Part shown: positions 35,138 through 46,935 of the stretch, piece by piece
Numbering within the stretch: the first letter of the stretch is position 1
Layout: each line of letters begins with the position of its first letter
Source of the DNA: Zygnema circumcarinatum SAG 698-1b
Taxonomy: Eukaryota; Plantae; Zygnematophyceae
Direction of reading: 5' to 3'
Assembly: GCA_037447605.1 (NCBI GenBank)
Contig: CM074809.1
Span: 920,689 to 984,688 of the forward strand
Length of the DNA stretch: 64,000 bases
Notes under the pieces: generated by a model
The model's input: the letters and a program-made list of their open reading frames with translations, nothing else
What the model was told of the DNA's origin: nothing
Database searches by the model: none
Made by a program: the position numbers and the translations under genes

Positions 35138-36112
35138 TCACCTCCCTCGCCTCCCCAACATCATGATGCACTTCAACCCCCCACGGAAAGAGGAGTCTTG
35201 CTCGCATTGCAGCCATGCATCCTGCAGCACCTCGCCAGCCGTGGGCCTCTGCGCGGGGTCCCTCGCCAGCATCCGACGGACCAGCCGCACTGCACCCGTT
35301 GAGATCGACGGCCATGGAGCTCCCGACACGTCGAATTTTCCGACCTTAATGGCGTTGAAAGTCTCTTCACGGCATTTGCCTCTGAAGGGAAGACTTCCGG
35401 AGAGCATCGCATAGAGAATAACACCGAGGGACCACACGTCAGCTGCAGCTCCGTCCTGAAGTCCTGCAACCACTTCCGGCGCCATGTACGACGGGGAGCC
35501 CGCCGTTTGCATCTTCCCATTCTCACCTCCAATCTGCACTGACAGCCCAAAATCCGCAATGCCCACATGGATTTCGCCCGCGGAATTCCGCCATCTTCTC
35601 CCTTGAGGGGCTTTAGCAGCTTTAGAGCTGTCAATAGTTTCTCCGAACTCGCCGTCCTCCGAGTTCTTCCATCTGAGGAGGATATTCTCCGGCTTCAAGT
35701 CGCGGTGCACCCACCCCTTGGAGTGAAAGGCGGCGACAGCGCGGACTATCTGACGGAAGAAGAGCGCCGCCTCCGGCTCTTTCAGCCTCGTCTTTTCGGC
35801 AATTCGCTTGAAAAGATCGCCCCCTTCATAGAGCTCCATGACGAGGTAGACGGAGTCAGAGTCCTCCATGACTTCGCGGAGCTGCACGACGTGGTCGAGG
35901 CCCGCGAGAGCGCTCATGGCCCGCACCTCCGCGCAGAGGCCGACGATGTCATGCATGTTCATGCCGCGCTTGGCCACGCTCTTGCAGGCGAAGCGCGCGC
36001 CGGTCCGCCTGCACTCGCAGGCGCGCACGAGGGAGGACCCGCCCGCCCCGATGGTTTCTCGCCACTTGTACTTCATCCGGAAATCGCTCTCTGCTCCGGG
36101 GAATATAACCAT
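35138..36112 (-). CDS. Intronless Ser/Thr kinase, CDPK/CRK/PPCK-related kinase domain with no EF-hand module
   Basis: A single 324-aa ORF with GAGGSS loop, FACK, LVMELYEGGDLF, HRDLKPEN, IADFG, GSPSYMAPE, ADVWSLGVILY, W.SIS and ML.RDP..RPTA.EVL. It stops about 25 aa after the kinase domain. The start may be the second Met at 36076. Confidence 0.9.
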   Translation of the reverse strand: MVIFPGAESDFRMKYKWRETIGAGGSSLVRACECRRTGARFACKSVAKRGMNMHDIVGLCAEVRAMSALAGLDHVVQLREVMEDSDSVYLVMELYEGGDLFKRIAEKTRLKEPEAALFFRQIVRAVAAFHSKGWVHRDLKPENILLRWKNSEDGEFGETIDSSKAAKAPQGRRWRNSAGEIHVGIADFGLSVQIGGENGKMQTAGSPSYMAPEVVAGLQDGAAADVWSLGVILYAMLSGSLPFRGKCREETFNAIKVGKFDVSGAPWPSISTGAVRLVRRMLARDPAQRPTAGEVLQDAWLQCEQDSSFRGGLKCIMMLGRRGR

Positions 36113-38099
36113 TAGGACGAGGTAGGTCGAGAGAGAGAGGTAGTGAAATGGAGAGAGCGGGAGTCAGAGAGAGAGGGAGAGAGAGGGAAAGAGAGAGAGT
36201 GCGAGTGGGAGAGAGAGCGAGAGTGAGAGAAAAAAGAGAAATTGACAGAGTGAGAGAATACCAAAGAGAACCAGAAATATACAGATAGATAGAGAAAGGC
36301 GGCGCGTGGTAGAAGAGAGAGAGAGTGGGGGGAGGAAGGGAGAGGCGGAGGGAGGGAGGGAGGGAGGGGGAGGCGAAGAGTGAGGCGGAGGGGGCGGTAG
36401 AGGAGAGGACCTGCCCCTTCCTCGCCGGCCAACGGACCGACGTCGCGGCCCGTTGGGTTGACTGCCGTACGGGACCCGTGGCCTACGGCCGACCTAGGAC
36501 CGGCCGTTGGCCAATGGGGGCTCGCCAGCATGGCTTGTACACATGGCACTTCACTATTGGATAACGGCGACGGCAGTCACGCCGTCACAAGTCACGCTCA
36601 CATGGTGGACGGATTCCAGTTTAACAACAAATCACAGGAAAGCGTGAACTACGCACAAACGGTTGAGAGAGTTGACTTCCGGCCGCCGTCGGTCATGGAA
36701 ACGGGGGTCGTACAACCCAATCACAGCCGTCGATCGAATCGATGAGCGGCGGAGGAGCCGACATGTGTCCCAAGAATCGCGGAGAGGAGGCCGCAAGGGC
36801 CACTGGCCGCGGAAGCTCCGATTGGCGGAGAGCCGTCACTGGCGTCATGATTGCCATTTGGTAGTTATGGGATCACGTGGCAGTCCCACAGTCATCATGC
36901 TTTAGCCTAGCGAGTAGAATGCCGAAACGTGGCAAATTGTCCCGTGTATAGGTTTTGTCCAGGTGGCAGATAGGTCGGTTAACTACTAGCTGTAACCCTA
37001 CGCGGCTGGCACTTTTGTCTTTTATAACCGTCTTCGTACGAAAAGCGCGGCGTGTCGCAAGGCCGGCACCGCTCGATGAAGCTTCGCTGTACCGTACCAC
37101 TTCCGTTTTTGGACTAAGCGAAACAAACAAGAGACCAGGCCCGGTTAGCGCCGCGTTGACTGTACGGACAGCCGCCTTTCCAACCGCCCGATCGGCAGCT
37201 GCCGACCAGTGGGTACTACGTGGTAAGTTCCGAGTGGCGGAAGTCAGTCCTTTTCTAGAATGCCGCCACGTGGGCCGACCGGTCGGCAGCGAAGCCGTAC
37301 GGCGCGCTCGAGAGGGCGGGCGCCGGAAACTCGCCATGATCGAGGTGCCGAAACGTATCGTATCCTACGTATCCCGATACGACAACGCTACTATCTCGGT
37401 ATCGTAAATACCGGAGGAATATCCGTATCGGGATATGAAACACAGTTCCGCTACGATATTGCTACGGAATTGACGATCCAACAGACGGACATGGAGCATC
37501 GCAGTGCTCTCTAGGAGCGCATGTTGAAGCTATTGTTGATCGCTTTCCATGTTGGCGCCTCATGAGGCCTCGTGTCTGTGGGGGCTCCATGGGCTCAAAT
37601 GGCCTCAATGCCACTGAGACCCCTAGAGAACCTTCACATCCGGGGGGAACAAAAGTTGACCGAACCATTGGACCCATGCGCGCATCGCCTTGACAAAGGA
37701 AAGCACACAAACATCAGGGCATGCATCACTCGCGTGCAACGTGAGACCGTCCTCGATTGCACTCGTTTTCTCCTCAAAATTAATGGGTCCATTTCAGACT
37801 AAGCTTCTTCTGCTTCGTAATCAAGAAGCCCAAGCTGTGAAGTCGCCCCACAGCCCCCCCCCGCCATGGAGGGAGGGAGGGAGGGAGGGAGGGAGGGAGG
37901 GAGGGCGAGGCCCAACAGCGCGAGAATGCGGCACTTGGGTCAGGCAGCAGCCAGGTTTGAGGATGCTGCCGTCATGGCGTCCCGCAGGCGCACTGTGAAC
38001 CCTAAAATTAGGGCAGCGGTGAGGCAGCCCTAAGATATGGAAGTGAGGGAGGAATGTCGCCCATTCTGGGGATCACATAAACATTGAAGTTTTTTTTAT

Positions 38100-39826
38100 A
38101 GAAGCCGTAACCGGATTGGGCCCTTCCAGTCAGAGTTGGGATCGATCTGCTTTGCCTTCTGAGGCACCCAAGTAGACAGCCCTCTCAAAGCCATGAGCAT
38201 CCCCCTAGGCGAGGGAACATTCACGTTCAGTGTTTGTGTTCATCTTTTCATGTTTAAACCGTTTTCAAAAAGAAACCTAAAGCGGATTTCCAACAACGGA
38301 AATTGAACGACCAAAGCTGAAAAAAACAACAACAAAAAAAGCCAGGAAGGAAGTGTTGCAGCTATGCAGAGGAGAGACAAAAAATGTGAAGGAAAACTAG
38401 AGACTGAACAAGATGGAAGGTGCATCAATTGCGAAACAGAGAAGATGGAGAAAGAAAGTAAGCGAAAGGGGAGATCGAAGAGAAGTTTTGCAAAATGGAA
38501 CTTCGCAAAAAGCATGAAACCTTCAAAGGAACGACGAGCAATGCTCTCTTCCAAACCTACCCACTCTCACGCAGCAGAAATAGCAAGTTTGAGTACCCCT
38601 GCTGAGCTGCAGTTTTGCAGATGAAAGAGTTAGAATGGTAGCGTAGAGGAAAATGGCGGTTGGTATAGGGTCGCACAGTGATAGAAAAATGCACACAATG
38701 CATTGCCTCCCTTCCTTCCAGAGAGAAGAGTCTGCAGTGGGTCAAATCTCACCTGAGTGATGGCGATGGAGCCTGAGCACGCCATTCGCTTCGCCACCTG
38801 AAGAAGGACCATCACTCCTCCAGCTTGACGCATTAAAGACTGCTTGTTGAAACCACTACAAAACCTTCCATATCTTCCCTCAATTTCTCGGAATGAATCA
38901 AAATCAAGATGAATCTGAGTTGAATAAAGCACAGCACCTGTCGTGTGATCTCCATTAAGGGCCTGCATGTAGCCCATCCGCATATTTTAAGCAGTCAGTG
39001 AACAGAACGAAAGAGCTTTGCTTTGTCATTTTCAATCTACTCTGAGTGATGATGTGGGTTTATTTGTCAACACCACAATTCGAAAGACGTCATTGACTGC
39101 TGGGAACGAGGGACCTATCCCAGTACTGTAGCTCCAGCATGAATGGAGGCTTATTGCACGGCCTGGCTTACCTCCAGTTGCTTGGTTCAACTGCCCGAGC
39201 TGTACACGGAACACAGGACCCCCTCCCAAAAAACAGCTATCTGTTACAAGCAGACTTCTGAAGACGGCAACTGTCGACACACATAGGCAAATCAGCGAGA
39301 TAGGAAATCTGAAAGTACATGAAAGAAGATTAGGCCACGCTGCAAACCTCTCTACACCTATTCCCAAAATGCTCAACCCCATTCATGAATGATGATTCTA
39401 ACAAGAAGGATGCCAACTTCAGAGTGTCCATTCAGGCCCACCTGCCTCACTCGGTCACATTGAAGACTCCGCCTTCCTGCTCTGCAAAATTCGCATGATC
39501 ATCCCCTCGAGCTGGCCTTCTAAATGTTCCCTTTCTCCGATACAAACTGCCCTCTCCTCCGCTTTGTCTACACTCTCAGTCCCTGCTGCACCTTTTCTGC
39601 CCCTTTTCCCAACTTTGTCAGCAGCTACTGAATCAATTTCTGTAGCACTTGAATTGTTTCGAACTCTCAGTGCTTCATCAATCGTCAACTGTTTCTGTAA
39701 CGTTTTTCGTTCACATGCTCTCTCTGATTGTGTCGCATCTGTCTCGTATTCACAACCTTCAGCGCCTTTCTTCCTCTTCTTAGAGAAAGAAGATTTTCTA
39801 CGGATTCGCTCCTTTCCGATATCCAT
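38100..39826 (-). CDS. Probable multi-exon hypothetical protein with a Lys/Arg-rich N-terminus; exon structure not resolved
   Basis: ATG at 39826 opens MDIGKERIRRKSSFSKKRKKG... to a stop at 39455. A telo-box aaaccctaa lies at about 39994, and there are several short AG/GT-bounded coding-like segments downstream. I could not build one convincing splice path. Confidence 0.3.
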
Positions 39827-40629
39827 AGCGAGTCTCAGGAATAACGACAAGAATGATCTAGCGCTTGCTCCTTAATCTCCAGCGTTCATTCCAAAAGGAA
39901 GCAGCTCATTCTGATAGACAGGCAGACACTGACAGAGAACTGACACTGAGATCACACTGAGATCTGACAGACATTATTCGCCGCTACTGATCGAAACCCT
40001 AATTTTCTGAAATTACGATTCTAAAGCCTTCATGCTATGCGGCTAGCTTTCTCATAAACGGAATGAAGCGGTACAAGTAGTAGACGCAACTTGTCAAACC
40101 AAGAAGCATACTGCAGGTACTCTCCAACCCCTGCTTTTTTGGTTTAGGGCTTAGAGTAAAGGGTTTAAAAAAACAAAAAAATAGCTCTTTACTTCATCAA
40201 GCAAACATCTTCTTTGAATCGCCGTTTCTTTCTTGGTAGTATGTGAATTTGGTCTGAGTGTCCAATTGAAGGCCAATTTATGATCTATGATCCCAAAGTG
40301 TATCGCTGAGTGTCGATGTTGAGACCAGCCCTTCGGCGAAGGTCCAATGGTTGCCCGATTATCCTCATTTAATTTCCTTCGCTTTGGTCTGTCGCCGAAT
40401 GAATAGCCGAATGACATCTGACTTCGATCTTTAAAACGTTTTGACAGAACAATACCAGAAAGAGACATCTTAAATTTGTTTGGGTGTCTAAAACATACAG
40501 AGAAGGTGCCAGTCCGCAGCGCCATTCTCCACCATGGGCTTTGCACTAAAAGGGCACAAAATCGAAACCCATCTCTACATCTGAACTATAACATGCGCAT
40601 CTCTCAAAAGGAGTGAAGCATTTTCCTTT

Positions 40630-42857
40630 TTAGCTTCCTACACTAGTTTGTCCTTGGATGATTTCGGCATCATGAGCTTTCTTCACTAAAGGAGCCTCCG
40701 CTTGTTTCGCATTTGCAGCTCGTTCTTGTTCCCGGGCCAGCGCGAACTCGGGATAGTTCTGGTCGTTCAAAGAGAGCAGAAACATTCGAACGTTCTGATC
40801 ACGCTTCTCCGTTGCAGCCATGTGCGGGTAGATGACGTGGCGCTTGAAGGCATCCACCTGCTCTCGGAAACAGTCGAGGCTGATCTCTTCGTGGGAGTTT
40901 TGAAACTTGCGATTGTATCCCGTATAGAGACATTCATCCAAGAACAGTCCAACTTCTGGAGCAAGCGGAGTGTTAACTTTTCGGTCCCTGCAAAGAGAGG
41001 CACAAATCCTCCGAGCTTCAGTTGAAGGCTGACTTTCTCACCAACCCCTGAGCAAATTTGAAGTGCATAAAATAGATGAAGATGAATAGCAGCAAACTCT
41101 TGGAAGAACATTACTGGCAAATGAATGAGCCAACATAACACCAGAAGCTAAAGCCACCTCTAGGAAAACAAAAGCGGAGGATGACAAATATTGACTATCG
41201 GCCTCCAAAGCTAAGCGTTAGAGAAACAACTTAAGCAAAACAAACAAAAGTTACCAAACACGTTAAAGTCAAAACACCAAACGATTTGGTAGAGATGTTC
41301 GATAATCTACCTTCGAAAAGCTAAATCGATCATAGATTCAGGTGCAAACCCGCGCAGAACAGCAACTGCCATGCCAATCATCTTTCGAATCTGATGGAGC
41401 ATGAAGCTCTGGCCAACCACATGGCACTTGACGAATTCAATGCCGCCTTCACAGAAAATCTCGACGGTCTTGAAAGAAACCATGTAACGGAGTGCACTGG
41501 GATCCTCTGCTCTAACTCTGGATGTGAAATTATGGAAGTTGTGAGTTCCCTCGAACATACTCAAAACCTTATCAAGTCTCGCCCTCACTTCGTCGTCAAA
41601 CACGAAGGTACTCCTTCCCTTGCTCTCCTCTATGCTCCCTTTTGAAACATCATCTATTGGTCCTCCACATCCTCCTGCCTGAGGTTGTACGTTGTGCTTC
41701 CCTTCATGCTCTGTTGCTGGAACATCAGTTTTAGGCTTCTCTACATTTTCTAGCCCATCTCTGTTTTCTGCGCCTTCTTCCCGTCTCTCCCCTACGCCTA
41801 TCTCTCCTCTCTCCTCCATGCGAACGTCCCTACTACTTTCCTTCACTTCGCCTGCAACAGTAACTTCAGAATGTGCTCTCACTTCCGACTGTACTTTTTC
41901 CAGAGCCCCCTCTGCGTTATTTCCACTACTATGTTTCTCTTCGCAGACTTCCACTCCCTTGATTGTTAATTCTAAATTGCTTCCAGATGAGGCGATTGAA
42001 TCGGCATTCACAGGCCTCACATCTCCTGGACGGAGCTCTTTGTTTTCTGAAGTACCCTTCACTACTGTCTCTACTTTGAGAAACTCCGCATCAAATGCAA
42101 AAGTGGGAATAACGTACTCATATCTCCTCCTATCACAAAGCTGCTTCGCGTTGAAACCATTTGTGACACGTTTGAAACCCAACAGGTGAATATCTTCTGG
42201 AAGCTCCTTGTTCACGCGTTCCACAAAACCTGCTGGCTCTATCACCATTCGAGCTGAAACAACTTGCCCAACTGCACTCACTCCTTTGTCAGTTCTTGCG
42301 GCTCTCATCCAGTCAACACTTCTCGGGTCACCAAAATTGTCATCTCCAATGGCCCCTGCTCGATGCAAAGACGTTTCAAGAATCCCCTCAATCGTCACTG
42401 CTCCCGGATTACGCTGCATTCCTTGGTACTTCTCTCCACAATAAGCAAAGAACATGGCAATCTTCCGCTTCTTGAGTCGCTTCCTGCCCCCTGCTTGAGT
42501 CTCAGAACCTCCTGCGCAGGGCGCTGAGCCGGTCTCGCCTTCCTTCACAGATAAGGATTCTCCCTCAGTTGCTTTCAAGGCGGCAGAACCTCCGCCCAAG
42601 ACAACAGATGAAACGACCCTCTCTGTTTCTTCACGCAACACACCAGAAGATGAAATGTTCTCGCATTCCACATGTGAAGATGCAACTGCACTGACAACTC
42701 TCGCCGAATCACTCGCCGCCTTCTCCTCATCTCCAGCGGCTCCTTCCGGCGCAAGCCTCGCCTTCTTAACAGGCGGCTCGTGGACAGCTGCCTGCTCTGG
42801 AGCAGAGACGGGCTCTTCGCCTTCCCCCGAGCCGCGCCCCTCTGCAGCGGGCGCCAT
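40630..42857 (-). CDS. tRNA pseudouridine synthase, TruA/PUS1 family
   Basis: Exon 42857-41311 and exon 40987-40630. Motifs KRKIAMFFAYCG..YQGMQ, RAARTDKGVSA (catalytic Asp), FNAKQLCDRRRYEY, GTHNFHNFT, GQSFMLHQIRKMIG and TPLAPEVGLFLDEC. Confidence 0.92.
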
Positions 42858-43618
42858 GGCTTCTCCCCCTGCAGCCAGCCTCCCTCCCTCCCTCCCTCCC
42901 TCCCTCCCTCCCACCCAGGGCGCGCTCTCCGCCTGCGTCACGGCTGACGCTCGGGTTTGTTTGTTACTGGTTTTTTCCTGTCACCTGGTTTGCGGTTTCA
43001 GTTCCATGCAGCTCCATACTTCTTCCGTTACATCCACGGCCATCTGTCGAAAGTTCACAGTTCCGTAAATTTTTTTTAAAGAACCTGAAATGACGAGATT
43101 ACCGACCACACGGAAATACCAACATGCCGAAATGTCGAGTTCAGGAACCATGGAGTGACCCATGCGCACAATGTTGTTCTCCATGGACGCAACATGGGGC
43201 CAAGTACAACAACAACAAGGAGAATTGTGGAACAGTCGTGGGCGGACGGACGGGCAGACTTCAACTCTTTTGAGTGCCCGACACGGACGAAGGAAGTCGC
43301 GGGTTGGCTGCCGCTGCCGCCTGCCTGATGCCCGTTCACAGTTCGACCGGCAATCTGTCGTCGCGAGATTTTGAGGGCAATAGCCGAAATTATGGCTGCC
43401 CGGGTGGAGCCTCCGCCCTGCTATTGGCTGTTGCCCGGAAGGGCAGCTCGGTGCGAAAACTTGCGACGGACTGACGGCGCCCAGGCAAATGGCTCCCTGC
43501 ACATGCCGGCCAGTTGCGACTCTGTTCGCCGTTAGGAACTGGCCAGCGTCACGACACGGACGACACGCTACACTGAGCAATAGAAACTGTTGACCCGTTC
43601 TTCCGGCAATCGCTTTTC

Positions 43619-43909
43619 GCCACGTGGCAGCCCGTCCATCACCGACGCCGAATCGGCTGTCCGTACTTTCGAGCGTCGCGCCCGGCTTCCCCGCGTGGCC
43701 GCTTCTGAGCGGCCAGATATGATCCTCGAATCCCGCTCGCTTCCTTCCGCCATTCGCACCTCGCCGTTACACGTGTGCGAATCCAGCTTCATGCTGATGT
43801 GGCATCCCCACAGCGTAAACACGTCTGCAAGGTCTCCTTCCTCCCTCCGGTCCACGGCAGACCGGCCGCCACGTCGCCCGTCGGCACCTCTCAACGGGCG
43901 CCACGTGGC
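43619..43909. promoter_or_regulatory. Two perfect GCCACGTGGC G-boxes in the TruA/MgtE divergent intergenic region
   Basis: Exact 10-mers at 43619 and 43900. Confidence 0.45.
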
Positions 43910-44079
43910 AGAAAGTTGCTCCAGGGTCCAAAGAGTGGATCCCCAGCGCCCGGAGTCCACCTGGAGCTCCAAGCTCTTGAGCTCTGAGCCGAGCAGAGAG
44001 GAAGAGGGATAGGAGAGTTTTGGAGGTGCGGTGTAGGGTTAAAGCTTTGGGAAGGAGAGGGAGCGGAAGAAGGGCGGCC

Positions 44080-46935
44080 ATGGATGCGGTACAGCTCGCA
44101 GCGTGCTGTGGCTCAGGAAGAACTTCCGAGTGCTTTGGGTCAGAGGTTCGCGATGGCCGGCACAGATCTCGGGTGGTTTCGTCAGCAATTTCGTTTAGTG
44201 GGGCGTTGCAGAAAGATTACAGTACTTTGATGATGCACTCGTCTGTGTCTGAAAGGGGAGGAAGGAAAGGGAGGGAGGCGAGCCGTGTAGATGAGAGCCG
44301 GCATAGCCTCAGCGTGAAATGCATCGCGGTGCCAGGATATGAAGGACGGCCGGCTGCGGAAGGTAAGACGAGGAAAACGGCAAAAGATGAAGAGCTGGAA
44401 AGAGAGTGCTTTCCGGAAGCGAGGGAGCAAATATTGAGGTTGACAATGCAGGAGGCGTTGCATTTGCAGGGAATGCTGCAGCGTCAGGTACATTCCGCCA
44501 ACTTTTCTGGCATATTTTCATACTTTATTGTGAAGCTAAATCGACTTGCACTCACAGAATTCCACCAGAACACGCTCAGCTTGTTGCGTAAGCCCGAGCT
44601 GTGCAAATGTAGTAGCAACCAATCAATTTGAGATCAATTGTTTGATATGAGTGCAGATTGCTCGCACAGAATGGCCGGCAGTTGAAAATTTAAGTGACGA
44701 GAGGCTTGTGAAGGGATCCGGCGGATGGAGAAGTGGAGGTGCTTTAAAATTCGCTGGAGATTCAGGGATTGGTAATGGAGCTGATTATTTGAACTTAGAC
44801 GGGAGAATGCAGGGGATAGCTCGAGGCCAAGTGTTGCTGACCAGAGCAGTAGAGTCCAGAAATTGGAATTCTTTGGTGTTTTCGAACGGCCATCTAGCAG
44901 ACGTCAGAGATCCTTCAGCAGACTTTAAGACGCGTGACATAGTTTTGCGAGTTCCGTCTGATTCGATTTCACTACCGGCTTCTTTGACCTCGTTCCTTTC
45001 AGAACCATCTTGGTTAACCGCGTCAGATAGGAGCGGCGAATTAGGGTTTGCAAATGCAGGGGAATTAGCAGAGGAAGGGGTTCCCAGGCAAAGATTAGAG
45101 GGGAGCAGTTCTTTGCGAAAGGACGATGGGTCTGCCACTGAGATGCTTAAGCCACAGGAGGAGTTAGGACTCTATGGGTTTCCCATTGCTCGGGAAACTC
45201 TGGCCAGAGGCCCTTGGTGAGTTCTATTCCTTCCACTCTGTCTGGTGTACATAGGCACTCCAATCCGTTAGAAGCTCCTTTAGCTTGCCTGACTTGAATC
45301 TACGTATTTTCAGTTGTATGCAAGGTGTGCATCGGTTTTTCTCTGTTATTCAATCAATTTAGATACAGCATGTCCTTTCAACATCGTCGACTTTTGCAAA
45401 GGCAATGGCTTCTTATGTCTTATGTTACTGTCCTTGTACATTTATATGCAAGCTGAGACTGTCCTCGAGGATTTCCTGTACAGTAGATGCCTCCGCGAGC
45501 ATGGCTCTCAAGGGTTTGGGGGAAACATTGCAGGCTCCTTGGACTGTTGGTTCTTCAGTCGGGCTCATCCTTCGTGCTGGAGAAATTCGGGGGATTAATA
45601 GAAGAGCATCTTATTATCACACTTTTCTTGACTATGCTCGTGGGCGCTGGCGGCAATGCTGGCAATCAGGTAATACAGCGAGTGCCTGCTTCTTTTTTTT
45701 TCATCCAGTCACATTCATTTGACAGTATGGTAAATCAATGCTGATGTAGTTCCAGAGTACGCACGAGATCTAGCATAAGGGTAACTGGAAAACGCTGTCG
45801 AAATCATGACTTCGTGTAAGAATTGGATGGCTTTCTTGCCTTGCAAGTGAGGCATGTAAAGTTGAACACATTGGTAGATAGGTAAGATATGTGTAAGACC
45901 TAATTCTGGTGCATTTTGGTGCATTCAGAGCGCCATCAAAGTTATCCGAGAGTTTGCGACAGGCGAGGCATCGTTGTCTGTGAGCAGCTTGCGGCGATGC
46001 CTCAAGGAGCAGCTGCTGGTGGGCCTCCTGCTGGGCACAGCACTCTCTGTGCTTGGTTTTCTGCGCGTGTTTGCGACCAACGGTGACTTGACGGTATGCA
46101 CTTCTTCTCCATGAAAGCTTTCTCTGCTCAAAAAAGTGAGAGATAGGTCCTTTCCATTGGGGGGTATGCACAAGTGTGAGATTGGAGAGAAGGCATGCAG
46201 ACGAAAATGGGAAATAAAAAAGTTTTTGGGAGAAGCGTGGTAAAAATCAGGGTCACCTCCCTTCAAGGAAAACGAAATTCTTTCGTTTTTGCCAGCCCGA
46301 ATTCTAGCCATTTGCACTGCTTTGTCACTATTTTCACTTACTCACCGTCTCGATTCTGAGCATTCCCTCTTCCTTTCCCTCCCCCTCTTCCCGGCTCCCC
46401 CTCTCCCCTTCTCTCATTCCTTGCACTTTCATCTCTTCCTCTCTCCAGTTGTCTTTCCTGTGTCGATTTCCACTCTCACGTTCTCTGTCTCATAACCTCC
46501 CTTATCACTCAGTCCTCTTCCAGCAAATGTCTTTCCACGCCTGCATTCTGAGTACAGTCGATGCAGCTGCTCTGTGCAGAATGCAACAGCTATCTCCGCC
46601 TCCCTCTTCGCCATCGTGCTGACCTCTGTGGCTGTGGGAACAGCTCTCCCCTTCGCGCTCGCATGGAAGGGGGTAGACCCGGCAAATGCGGCAACATCTG
46701 TCCAGGTCAGCCCCGACCTCCTTCTCTGGAAACGCCCTCTCCCTGGGAGGACTGCTCGAGCTCTTTCTATAGCAGCAACCCACTTTTTGCGTGGTTCTGA
46801 TTCTGTATTGTGCTCTTATTGGCTATGCAGGTGCTAATGGACATCCTAGGAGTAGGCCTCACATGCATCATTTGCAGCCTTATTTTTTCCCTCTCCAGCC
46901 ATCATCCGCTCGCGTCCTTCACCCTCCTCCAATGA
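44080..46935 (+). CDS. MgtE-family (SLC41/MgtE transmembrane domain) divalent cation transporter with a long N-terminal extension
   Basis: Exons 44080-44487, 44657-45216, 45534-45669, 45929-46093, 46580-46705 and 46831-46935 splice in frame. RGPWLLGLLVLQS, LFLTMLVGAGGNAGNQSAIKVIR and LPFALAWKGVDPANAATSVQVLMDILGV correspond to MgtE R.PWL, GGN.G.Q, DPA and the TM5 Asp. Confidence 0.85.

Noticed and set aside
35567-36125. Plus-strand ORFs overlapping the kinase, and similar antisense ORFs over MED16, DDB1, TruA and the paralogues
   Set aside because: These are shadow ORFs caused by GC-rich codon usage on the opposite strand and have no motifs of their own.
44080-46935. MgtE as evidence of bacterial contamination or very recent HGT
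   Set aside because: The gene has five canonical spliceosomal introns and sits among clearly plant-type nuclear genes.
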